A stretch of DNA of 64,000 nt from an uncultured Spirochaetota bacterium (GTDB taxonomy: Bacteria; Spirochaetota; Brevinematia; Brevinematales; JAOACQ01). The stretch spans positions 1,824,112 through 1,888,111 of the forward strand of contig CAVYGN010000002.1 of the NCBI GenBank assembly GCA_963768055.1. The letters run 5' to 3'. The position numbers and the translations under genes were made by a program. Below the pieces are notes generated by a model. The model searched no databases. It had not been told where the DNA came from and saw only the letters and a list, made by a program, of their open reading frames with translations. Below, in pieces: positions 40,295-50,559 of the stretch (positions are counted from its first letter, which is position 1; every line of letters begins with the position of its first letter).

Positions 40295-42698
40295 AATAAA
40301 AGCGACAACTCCCTTGACAAAAACCGTTTCTCATGAAAGTTTACAAGATTTATTAGATGAAAATATGGATTACAGAGAAAATACCATCATTGTAGTTAGT
40401 AATTCTAATAAAGATGGGGCTTCTGCTTTTCAAAAACATTATGATCTTTTTGAAGATTGTGATTCAAGCAGTCTTGAAGGAGTTAGAAAATCAATTTATT
40501 GTATTTCTCAAGCAATATTTTCAAGCAATGAAGAAGACAGAAAATATTTTTTGGGGAAAAAGAAAGATGACGAAGAAACAGTAAAATCAAAATGCGGTTC
40601 ATTAAAGCCTTGTATTCATGGAAGTGATGCTCACACTGAAGATGAATTATTTTCTCCTGATAAAAATAGATATTGCTGGATAAAAGCAGATCCAACTTTT
40701 GAGGGTTTAAAACAGATTATTTATGAACCAGAAGGTCGAGTAAAAATTCAGGAAGAAAAACCAATTTCTCCTGTAAGAAAAATATCTAATATAACTTTAA
40801 ATTTTGAAAAAAATACTGATATTCGACTTAAGGAAAAAAATGAACAAGATATATTTTGTTTTTCTGGAGTTAAAGAAATTATACCTTTGAATGATTATTT
40901 TAATTGTTTTATTGGAGGTAGAGGTACTGGGAAAAGTACTTTATTAAATTTAATTTACAAATCATTTTATCCGGGAAAAGATACTGATTATTTTAATAAA
41001 AATAAAATAATTCTTGATGACAAGGAAATAAATATTTCAGAAACAGTTATATTAGATAGCACTGCTGAAAAAATTGAGTTTCTTCAACAAAATCAAATTG
41101 AAGACTTTGCTATTGATCCAATTGAATTTACAAAAGCAATTTATGATAGATTAAAAAATAAAGAAATAGAAAAATTTGAAAATATTATTTCTGAATCCAT
41201 TAGGCAAATAAATAAACAAATTGAAAATATTCAAAATCAGTTGATCATTGGAAAAGAAATTGAGGAATTAAACATTGAATATAAATCAAATAAGAAAATC
41301 ACAGATACTCTTGATAAGAATGAATACAAAATAATTATAGAAGAGATACAAAACCTAAATAATAAATATTTAATTTTAAAAAATGATAGGGATACAATAG
41401 AATCATTAATAAATGATGTTGATAACTTTTTATCTAATCATATTAAGTATAGAATTGTTGATAGTTCATCTGAATATAATATAAGTTTTAATAAATTTAT
41501 TGATTATTTAGAAAAAATTAAAACAGAAATATTAGATAATAAAAATTTTATTAAACTTAAAGATGAAGAAAATACTTTGCTTAAAAAAATTAGTGAACAA
41601 AAAGAAAAACTTGAAATATATTTAACTGAACAAGGATTAAGTGAAGAAAATCTTGAGGATGTTAAAACTGCAAGTACTAAAACCGAAGAATTGAAAATTC
41701 AGATAGAAAAGAAAAAATTAGAATTAAAAAATATATTGAAAAAGAATGGTAATATTTCAATTGATAATATTAATAAAAATAAAAATGAGTTTGGAGAAAT
41801 ATTACAAAAAAGAATTAATGAATTCATAAATATATTAGATGAAGTAAATAAGCAAAATCCAAAAGATGTTGATAAAATTGAATTATCATTTTCATATAAT
41901 GAAGAATTGGCAAAATCTGAATTATGTGAAGAATTCCATAATATATTTAAATCTTATAAAAAAAAATACAATACAAAATCAACAGATATTAATGATTGTT
42001 TGTTTCAAAATAACCCTTATGACTTAATAGATGGTAAAATAACATATGAAGAATTTATGAATAAAATTAAAGGTGATAATCAATATAATCAGTGTTTAAA
42101 TGATATATTTAAAAAAAAATTTAATTATGAAATCTATTTGCTTCTACTTAATAAATATTATCAGAATCTATTCAAATATTTGAAAATTGATGTAATGTAT
42201 AAGAATAAGCCAATGCTTCAGGCTTCTTTTGGTCAGAAATGTACAGCTGTAATTATTATAATGCTATTATTTGGGCATAATCCAATTATTATCGATGAAC
42301 CTGAAGCACACCTTGACAGTTCATTAATAGCAAATTATCTTGTTAATTTGATAATGAAAGAAAAAATTAAGAGGCAAATTATATTTGCAACACACAATGC
42401 GAATTTTGTAATTAATGCTGATGCCGAACAAATTTATATTTTAGAAATGCCTGAAAAAAGAACTAACTTTATTCAGACTACTATTGAAAATCAAATATAT
42501 AGAGATAAATTACTGAAACTTGAAGGAGGATCGGAAGCTTTTAAAAAAAGAGAAAATAAATATGGCTTAAAAAAATAATAATAGAGTGAATATTCAAAAA
42601 TTAATAAAATTATTTATTTTTGTACATTTTTAAATTCCATTTTCTTTACCCCCTTACCCCTTTATTATATAATACCCTATTACAAAGCGAGGTTTATT

Positions 42699-43019
42699 AT
42701 GTCAAAAAGCGCTTTTAAAAAACTTGACCTTATAGAACTTGTCCTCGAAGATCCCGAAATCAAAGAACTTGGTATTCAAAGGAAAGAAGTCTCAACCATC
42801 ATTTCCAAATTCATAGACAAGCTTAAGGGCTCTATAGAGAAGCTCGATGCAAGTGACAGAATTGAGCTGCGCGGTTTAGGCACATTCGGTGTGAAGCAAA
42901 GGAAAGCCAGGATAGGCAGGAACCCAAGGACTGGGGCAGAGGTAATGGTCCCTGTAAGGAAATCAGCATACTTTAAGCCTGGAAGGGAGATGAAAGAGGG
43001 TGTTAGAGGGAAGGAATAA
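42699..43019 (+). CDS. HU/IHF-family DNA-binding protein
   Basis: IELRGLGTF...RKARIGRNPRTG...FKPG. Confidence 0.93.
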   Translation: MSKSAFKKLDLIELVLEDPEIKELGIQRKEVSTIISKFIDKLKGSIEKLDASDRIELRGLGTFGVKQRKARIGRNPRTGAEVMVPVRKSAYFKPGREMKEGVRGKE

Positions 43020-43327
43020 TGCCTGATTATTTTATAGATGATCCTATTGAAGCTATGAAAAAGTGTTCCTGATGCGGAGGAAAAACAAAAAGCAAAGGAT
43101 TTTACTCTGTTCCATTTAAATCCCGCATAAAAGATGCATTTAAAGGATATGAGGGAATGGCATTTGAAATGACATTAAAACCTTTAAATAAGAAATTTGT
43201 TGTGTTTCTTGCAGGAAAAAATTCGGCAGCTTTGAAAGATGGTAAAGATGGTTCCATAATAGCTTGCAGCCTTGAATGTAGCCATAAAATAGGTGAAGCA
43301 ATATCAAAGGAAGAAAATTTTAAATAG
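43019..43327 (+). pseudogene. Unannotated 102-codon CxxC protein with in-frame TGA at 43070
   Basis: TAATG overlap with the HU stop; MPDY...KKCS*CGGK...IIACSLECSHK...*. Confidence 0.6.
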
Positions 43328-43339
43328 GAATAAAATTCC

Positions 43340-43693
43340 TTGGAGGATATTTTGGCGGAAAGACTTACCCGTATTCAGGTTTATATAAAGGGTTGTTATG
43401 AATTGAAAGGAAATCAGGGTGAATGCAATATCGTTGATATATCGGAAGGTGGAATTGGCTTATCGGTCAGGCAAACACTTGTCCTTGGTGATTTGGTTCA
43501 TGTTAATTTCAGAATCCCTATTGGTAAAGAAGAAGAAATAGATTTTTGGGGCATAGTTAGAAATGTAAACAATAATATCATCGGGTTGAAATATGAAGAA
43601 ATTACTCACGATAATATTGATAGAATAGACAATTATGTGTCATTACTACTTGCGCAAAGCGGTAAAAGGGCAAAAGAAAATTTTGAAAAATAG
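43340..43693 (+). CDS. PilZ domain protein
   Basis: ERLTR and DISEGG motifs. Confidence 0.85.
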   Translation: MEDILAERLTRIQVYIKGCYELKGNQGECNIVDISEGGIGLSVRQTLVLGDLVHVNFRIPIGKEEEIDFWGIVRNVNNNIIGLKYEEITHDNIDRIDNYVSLLLAQSGKRAKENFEK

Positions 43694-44162
43694 AAAATCC
43701 TTCCAATAGCCCTTATCTTTCATAAATATTACCTAATTATCATAAACTGGGTTAATTTGCCGCCACAGTGAATAAAATGACATTATTTAGAGCTCTTGCA
43801 AATATCGAAATAATAATTTTAATTTTGAATATAACCGATGATTTATGTATTATTATAAATAATAATGCATACTTCCTCCTATAAAAAAGCCCTGTCTTGT
43901 CTTGTAGGCAGGGCTTAATAATTATAAATTTCATATAAGTGGTGATGTTTAAAAGGTAATCACAAATAGGATTCTCACCCTCATGATAAACAAATTTCCC
44001 ATAGACTCCACAAATAGAATTCTCCCTTTATCACAAAATTTCACGGGATTTAATCTACCTTTAAATATTTTAATAGAGCCCTTGACTAATACTAACTATT
44101 TGTTACATAATTATATTGAAGAATTGAGTTAAAATTTACTTTGTAAAATAATTTATATTAAA

Positions 44163-45074
44163 GTGAGAATATTTAGTATGGATCCAATAATGGCAATAAT
44201 TGCGGATTATCAGGTCCTGACCGACAGGGACACATTTGAATCCATATCAGATAATGTCAAACAGCTCACTCTTGATTATCTTGCTGCTGGGATCGACCCC
44301 GATAATGGAAAAACCTTCATTTTTCCCCATAGCCACGTACCTGAGTTGAACCAGCTGTTATTGCCTTTTCTTACGCTGGTATCGATTGCAGAATTGGATA
44401 GGAACCCTACTGTTAAAGAGGAAATACAGGCGTCGGGGCAGAAAAGAATCAATGCAGGTATGTATACCTATCCGGTTCATCAAGCTGCCGACATACTTTT
44501 CTGCAAGGCTAACGTTGTGCCGGTAGGCAAAGATCAGCTTCCGCATCTGGAACTGACCCGTATAATCGCGCGAAGGTTCAATAACCGTTTTGCTAAGGAA
44601 AAACCTGTATTTCCCGAACCCCAACCTCTGTTAAGCAAGGCTCCGGTCATACTTGGGCTTGACGGTTCTCAGAAAATGAGTAAAAGCAGGAATAACGCTA
44701 TTATGCTTAGCGCATCGGAAGATGAAACGGCTGACCTGATCAAGAAAGCAAAGACGGATACTGATCGATTAATAACATACGACCCGGTGAAAAGACCAGA
44801 GGTTTCGAATCTAATCCTTCTCGTCTCCCTTTCAACAGGGCGGGCTCCTGATTCCATCGCACAGGAAATCGGTGATAATGGATCTGGGCAATTGAAAAAG
44901 ATCTTGACCGAATCCCTGAATGAATATTTAAGGTCCCTGCGGAAAAGACGTGTCGAGCTTGCTTCCAATTTGGATTATATAAGTCAAGTACTTAAAAAAG
45001 GTGTTGAAGAAGCCAGGAAAATAGCGTCTGCAACACTTGAGGAAGTAAGGGAAGTCATGAATATGAAGCTTTAA
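44163..45074 (+). pseudogene. trpS: Tryptophanyl-tRNA synthetase, 5'-truncated (HIGH region missing)
   Basis: IADYQ, YPVHQAADIL, VPVGKDQ and KMSKS present; no TGxxPT/HIGH N-terminus upstream. Confidence 0.85.
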
Positions 45075-45166
45075 TGGACAAACTTTCATTAGGGGAAACC
45101 TGAATTATGACTCTTTGGAAGTGTTGTTGAAGTAGATTCTGTTGGAGATGGTGAAAGGAGATTGAA

Positions 45167-46176
45167 TTGTTTACAAAAGAAATTACATCTTATGATCAAT
45201 CTATATATGAAAAAATAAAATACAGAAAAGTAATAATCTTTGACACAAATATATGGATTGATCTATCTGAAAATAATAAAACATTAATTCAAGAAGTAAA
45301 ACAACTTCTAATAAATTTAGTGAAAAAGGAAGTAATATTCTGTCCTATATCTTTACCTATTATTTGGAACTTCATAAGCAAAATTATGAATCAGCTCTTA
45401 GAACAGGGAACTTAATGGAACAATTAAGTTTAAACATTTGCTTCAGTAATAGGCATGAAATTGTTAACTATGAATTATTAAACTATATACAAACTATTTT
45501 CAATAAAAAGAATAATCTCTCAATTGACCCGAAACTTTACAGGTATGTTTATGTTATGAACTATTTAAGTAGTAGACGTAAAATCAATTTTCCAGACACA
45601 TTTCCGAAAGAATATATTGATGAATTTATCAAAATATTTAATCAAGAAATACCAAATATAACTATTACGGATTATATTGCTATGTCAAAAGATTTATTTT
45701 CTTTAGATATGTTTACAATCAAATCGGATTTCCAAGAAGTTTGTAATGAAAAAAAAGTTATATCAAAAGGATCAAGAGAAATAAACAGAAAAATCGAAGT
45801 AGATTATATACTAAATGATTTTGTTATACCTGCATTAATGTTGTTACCTAAAGAAACTAAGGATGCTTTACTGGAATACTATAAATTGCAACCAAAAGAA
45901 AGTATTCCAAATATTATTATTCATAATATACCAACTCTTAATTGTTTTGTTGAGATTATGCATATTACATCGTTGGATGATAATAGAAAAGATAGAATTA
46001 ATGACTTCTATGATAGAGAAATTATGATAGAAGCTTTGGCTTATGTCGATGTTTTTGTATCACAAGATAAATGGATTCACAATTTATTGAATAATGAAAT
46101 AGATTTAAAGACGATTAGCAATGTCGATTATTTCAACAGTTTTGAATGTTTTAAAGATTATTTATTGAGACTTTAA
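45167..46176 (+). pseudogene. PIN-like domain protein split by a frameshift near 45364
   Basis: IIFDTNIWIDL in the first ORF; NDFYD...VFVSQD in the second. Confidence 0.55.
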
Positions 46177-46265
46177 AATCAATTTATTAGGAGAATCTTT
46201 AACTAAAATTATCCCTATTATTTCAAATATTTATTGTAATCTGTTACCATATAATATATAATAGT

Positions 46266-46473
46266 GTGGGTATAAATTGGTACCAATTTGGGTACACATA
46301 ATTTGCAACTTTTTGAAAATGAGACAATCTTAATTGCTTCTAATTTAAAGAAATAGGAAAATTAGGTTCTTCTCGCTTTATCCCTCCTCCTCCGAATGAT
46401 TTTCTCTCATAACTCCTTTCATATCAACAATTAAATATTAAAAAGCATCAACTGATTACGATTTGTAAATATA
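46266..46473 (+). repeat. About 200-bp att-like junction R1
   Basis: Near-identical to 49787-50005; TTGGTACCAATTTGGGTAC arm, core ATCCCTCCTCCTCCG, TGATTAC arm. Confidence 0.85.
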
Positions 46474-46803
46474 ATGGCACCCGAACCCCAAAATGCAGGG
46501 CGAATTGGTTCAGTATGGTCCCCCAGTAAATTAGGGCCATCCCATTCCCCACTTTTTTACCTTCCTCAGGCAGGTGATTCCCCGTCTATGAAAAATACTT
46601 AATTGAACTTATAGTGTAAAAGATATACAAGGTTTCTTTTTAAATAAAATAATCCCATTTGTCCTTATAATTATTTGATAATTTTTTTAATCTACTATAT
46701 TCGACTGCGTATTCCGGCGAAACATGCCACTGATTCCGAGCAAAATGTTACCACTTTTCAAAACACTAGAATTCCCAAAATATTTTAAGGCAGGTGGCAT
46801 GTT

Positions 46804-47547
46804 TCATCCAGAATCTTTAGCATAAATTTTACGCATAGAATCAACCCCCTTCAATTCGATTTTAATAGCACTATGATTTATCCTGTCACAGATCGCATCT
46901 GCTATAGTAGGATCGCCAATTTTTTCAAACCAATCTTTTACCGGCAGCTGAGAAGTTATCAGAGTAGAGTTTCTGCCATGCCGGTCCTCGAGCATCTCTA
47001 AAAGAGACAATCTTGAAGGAGTATCAAGAATTTCAAGCCCGAAATCATCAAGGATCAATAAATCCTGTTTCTGGATCAGATTCATTTCTCTGGCGTAACT
47101 GCCTTCCGCTTTCGCAAATTTTAGCCGTGTAAAAATCTTTAGACAGCTGAAATAAAGGGTCTTGTAACCCTGCCGGCAAGCCTGATTACCAAAAGCTGTT
47201 GCAAGATAGCTTTTCCCGCTCCCGGTAGAGCCTGTAATAGCCATATCTTTTTTCGTTCGTATCCAATCACAATTTGAAAGCCTCAATATTAGATTTTTAT
47301 CCAGTTCTCTATCCGGCCGGTAAGAAAGATTCTCCAAACCGGCCTGATACCGGAAACGTCCCTTTTTGATTAAAGTAGATAGTTTGCGGTTATACCTTTC
47401 ATCCCATTCCGAATCAACAAGATACGCAACCGTTTCATCAGCGGTCAGGCCGTCAGGTGTTTTTCCAGCGATGATATCTTCAAACGCCCGGGACATCCCA
47501 TGTAGTTTCATCTTCTGCATTTTTTCAATCGTTGCTTCATTGGTCAT
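46804..47547 (-). CDS. istB: IS21 helper ATPase IstB
   Basis: GSTGSGKS, LILDDFG, TSQLP and DAICDR motifs. Confidence 0.95.
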   Translation of the reverse strand: MTNEATIEKMQKMKLHGMSRAFEDIIAGKTPDGLTADETVAYLVDSEWDERYNRKLSTLIKKGRFRYQAGLENLSYRPDRELDKNLILRLSNCDWIRTKKDMAITGSTGSGKSYLATAFGNQACRQGYKTLYFSCLKIFTRLKFAKAEGSYAREMNLIQKQDLLILDDFGLEILDTPSRLSLLEMLEDRHGRNSTLITSQLPVKDWFEKIGDPTIADAICDRINHSAIKIELKGVDSMRKIYAKDSG

Positions 47548-47559
47548 ATTCACTTCCTC

Positions 47560-49116
47560 TTATTCAAAATATTCTCTGCCGCGGATATTTTCATGCATGT
47601 TAGCAGCCGAAAACAACACCGCCTCTTCCTCAAAATTATCAAGCCCCTTCTCCAGAATCCGTTTTATTCCCTGATACGAATAATATTGGAAATCAAGCGC
47701 CCGTTTGCAGGCTTTATCCAGCCTTTCTTTCCCAAATTTCTTAGCCAGGCTTAAGATGCCCAGGCAGACCTTATATGCCTGTTCAGGATAATCCTTGCTT
47801 TCCAGAACTCTCTTAATTATTTCTTCAATATTCGGACCAAGCGACTTACCCCAATGTGTTAACTTCTCCGGATTCCAGTCTCCGACCCACTTGTGATGGG
47901 GCGGCATATGTTCATGTGTGGTTGTGTAGGTTTGTTTCCTTCGGTCCCGTGGATAGGCTGCAATACGAATATTATCAACAAATATTTCCACTGTCCGATC
48001 GGAAGTAACAATATCTGCCATCTTGCCTCTATACCGATATGGAACGCTGTAGTAATGAGAATCTTCTTTGAGGCAGACATGATAGTTGAATTGGATCTTA
48101 GCTTTTGAGAAGCTTTTAAAGCTGTATTTTTCCTTCGGAAGAGATTTCAGTTCTTTCTGTTCTGTTTGTTCAAAAAATTCCCGTCTGCTGATTTTTAGTT
48201 TCTGCATCTTCTTCGCATTATAGATTTCCAATTGTTCCCGGATAGCTGTGTTCAATTCTCCCAGAGAAAAGAAAACCCTATCCCTGAGAACGGCAAATAT
48301 CCAGCTGTAGGTGATTTTCACGGCGTTTTCAACATGTGCTTTATCACGCGGTTTATACGGCCTGGCAGGAAGGGGACAAATTGAATAATGCCTGCAAAAA
48401 TTCTGAAATTCAGCGTTGATGGCAGGTTCGTATTTATTTCCCATCGTTACAGCGCTTTTCAAACAATCGGGAATTATTGCTCTTGGTGATCCGCCGAAGT
48501 AATACAACGCATTCTCTATGGCCCGGATTAAATCTTCTTTCTTCTGGCTATCCGTCGCTTCCACGTATGTATACTGGCTTGCGCCAAGGATGGCTACAAA
48601 TACCTCTTTCTCGATAACTTCTCCTGTGTCGCGGTCTACAATCGGGAATTTCGTGCCGGTAAAATCAACAAAAAGCTTGTCCCCTGCCTTGTATTCCTGG
48701 TGCATGGATATCTCAAGAGACCCCTTCCAGAGCCCGTAGTGATAGCAAAACTGAGAATATTTATAGCCTTCGGGGTATTTTCCCCTGTATTCTTCCCAAA
48801 GCAATCTCAAATTGACCCCTGTACGCAGAAGTTCCATGCTGTATTGAGGAAATTCTTTGTATAGATTTTCCTTTGCGGTTTCTTCAATGTTGTCTCCTTC
48901 TGCCATCGACTCGAAAATTTCAATTAAAGCAGAATCGCTCATTTCATAAATTTCCGCGATGGTTAAACCGCTTTTTTCAAACCTGGATATATATCTTTGT
49001 ACTGTTGGCCTGGAAATATCCAGGGCCTTTGATGTAACACGGCAGCTCAGGCCGTTTTCTTTGATCATCCGGATCACTTCCCGGATTTTCTTCATAGGCT
49101 TCCTCCTGTTCGGCAT
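47560..49116 (-). CDS. istA: IS21 transposase IstA
   Basis: FVDFTG, PDCLKSAV and KPRDKAHVE motifs. Confidence 0.95.
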   Translation of the reverse strand: MPNRRKPMKKIREVIRMIKENGLSCRVTSKALDISRPTVQRYISRFEKSGLTIAEIYEMSDSALIEIFESMAEGDNIEETAKENLYKEFPQYSMELLRTGVNLRLLWEEYRGKYPEGYKYSQFCYHYGLWKGSLEISMHQEYKAGDKLFVDFTGTKFPIVDRDTGEVIEKEVFVAILGASQYTYVEATDSQKKEDLIRAIENALYYFGGSPRAIIPDCLKSAVTMGNKYEPAINAEFQNFCRHYSICPLPARPYKPRDKAHVENAVKITYSWIFAVLRDRVFFSLGELNTAIREQLEIYNAKKMQKLKISRREFFEQTEQKELKSLPKEKYSFKSFSKAKIQFNYHVCLKEDSHYYSVPYRYRGKMADIVTSDRTVEIFVDNIRIAAYPRDRRKQTYTTTHEHMPPHHKWVGDWNPEKLTHWGKSLGPNIEEIIKRVLESKDYPEQAYKVCLGILSLAKKFGKERLDKACKRALDFQYYSYQGIKRILEKGLDNFEEEAVLFSAANMHENIRGREYFE

Positions 49117-49437
49117 ACCAACTCCTTCTTAATTTTTCAAGAAGGATTAGTTTATCCTGATTATTGGAATTAATCAGGGCTTAACATTCTCGGAGGAATT
49201 CTTCGTGTTTGATTTGTTTTTCTTATGGCAGGTGGTAACATTTCAGCCGGATTACCCGGCATGTTTCACGCGGATTGGGTGGCATGTTTCACCCGGAAAC
49301 CCGGCATGTTTCGTCCGGATTTTCCATGAAATTAGGAGAAGTCAAATTCGGAGTTTGTTAGCCAGACAAATCCATTGTGATTTTGCTTCTTTCTTAAGCA
49401 GGGTTATAATTGAATTGTTAGTTTTTAAGAGGGTAAT

Positions 49438-49660
49438 ATGGCTTTAATCATTTGGGATAAAGCATTGAGTGTGGGTGTAAACGAAATGGATGATCAACAT
49501 AAGAAACTCATTGAGATCATAAATAATCTTTTTGAGGCTATGAAAATTGGGATGGGAAGAGAGACCCTGAATTATGTTTTCAGCGGGCTTATTGATTATG
49601 CAAAAAAGCATTTCTTTGATGAGAAAGAATTGATGAAAAAGTACAGCTTTCCCGGACCGT
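49438..49660 (+). pseudogene. Bacteriohemerythrin, 3'-truncated
   Basis: WDKALSVG..MDDQHKKL...HFFDEKELM; second half of the fold absent. Confidence 0.8.
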
Positions 49661-49786
49661 GCAACATTCAGAACTGGGAGAAATGTTCGGAAGCTATGAA
49701 AACGCTTCAGCAACTTATTTTGATTTTATTACCCCTAAATTTTCCATATTTTAATTGCAAAGTATTGCTACATAAGATATAATAAA

Positions 49787-50005
49787 GTGGGTATAAATTG
49801 GTACCAATTTGGGTATACATAATTTGAAACTATTTGAAAATGAGTCAATCTTAATTGCTTTTAATTTAAAGAAATAGGGAAATTGGGTTCTTCTCGCTTT
49901 ATCCCTCCTCCTCCGAATTATTTCCTCTCATAACTCCTTTTATATCAATCAATTAAGTATTAAAAGTATCAACTGATTACGATTTGATTACGGTTTGTAA
50001 ATATA
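49787..50005 (+). repeat. About 200-bp att-like junction R2
   Basis: Copy of R1; IHF-like TATCAATCAATTA; TGATTAC x2 at 11-bp period then TTTGTAA. Confidence 0.85.
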
Positions 50006-50130
50006 TTGGTTTATTTCTCCCTTCGCGCAATACCCAAAAAACTATCAAACTTTTTATCTATAGAAAAAAATTTATTTTTAAATCCTTGACATTCATTTCA
50101 AATATATGTTATGATTGCTTGCTTTTAAAT

Positions 50131-50160
50131 TATAGGGTAGTGGGGTATGCTACCCAAGGG
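50131..50160 (+). promoter_or_regulatory. Possible CsoR operator
   Basis: GGGTAG...GGGGTAT..CTACCC G/C-tract palindrome directly upstream of csoR. Confidence 0.4.
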
Positions 50161-50169
50161 GTTTTATTT

Positions 50170-50484
50170 ATGGAAAGAAAATGTGAACACTGTGATACTG
50201 ACGGAGTCAGAACAGCTCATCATTCGGAGAAGCTCAAGAATAACATGGTTTCCCGGCTCAACAGGATCGAAGGCCAGGTCAGGGGAATAACCAAGATGAT
50301 CCTGGATGACATTTACTGCGACGATGTCCTGAACCAGTTTCATTCCGTCGAAGCGGCCCTCGCCGGCGTAAAAAGGGTACTCCTTGAAGCACATTTCAGG
50401 AGCTGTGTCATCGGACAGATCAAGGAAGAAAAAGAAGGAGCCATTGAAGAATTTCTTGAAACGGTAGAGAAAATGATTTGTTAA
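50170..50484 (+). CDS. csoR: Copper-sensing repressor, CsoR family
   Basis: RLNRIEGQVRGI, YCDDVL and HFRSCV motifs. Confidence 0.9.
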   Translation: MERKCEHCDTDGVRTAHHSEKLKNNMVSRLNRIEGQVRGITKMILDDIYCDDVLNQFHSVEAALAGVKRVLLEAHFRSCVIGQIKEEKEGAIEEFLETVEKMIC

Positions 50485-50559
50485 AATAAGCCCCGCATAC
50501 GGGACTTGCAAGGAATTGATTAATTGTGTGCTATCGCGCACAACAAGGAGAATATAGAT

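Larger units (their letters stand above)
38731..40326 (+). mobile_element. IS3-family element with TTTC target duplication
   Basis: IRs TGTTAGGATAGTTGTCGC / GCGACAACTCCCTTGACA; TTTC on both sides; A9 slippery run near 39219. Confidence 0.92.
38201..42578 (+). pseudogene. PHP + ABC/SMC-like ATPase (TrlF/Ppl-like, putative anti-phage) interrupted by IS3
   Basis: GSEWRRWDLHIHT, ITDY, GSDAH, GGRGTGKS, SFGQK, IIDEPE, ATHN; joining 38201-38730 to 40331-42578 gives 925 aa in frame. Confidence 0.88.
38069..42666 (+). repeat. 26-bp direct repeat pair flanking the PHP-ATPase gene
   Basis: TTTCTTTACCCCCTT(C/A)CCCCTTTATT at 38069-38094 and 42641-42666. Confidence 0.85.
46706..49326 (-). mobile_element. 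IS21-family element
   Basis: TG...CA ends with IR TGCGTATTCCGGCGAAACATGCC / GGCATGTTTCGTCCGGATTTTCCA; multiple subterminal GGCATGTTTC repeats; istA and istB. Confidence 0.93.

Noticed and set aside
43070..43072. Genome-wide TGA recoding
   Set aside because: TGA ends many intact genes in this window, so the standard bacterial code applies.
43883..43916. Hairpin as a T-box or attenuator for trpS
   Set aside because: The U-tract is on the minus strand and no T-box consensus is visible.
49984..50169. N-terminal extension of CsoR
   Set aside because: Upstream in-frame region covers the att arm and promoter; CsoR similarity starts near ATG 50170.
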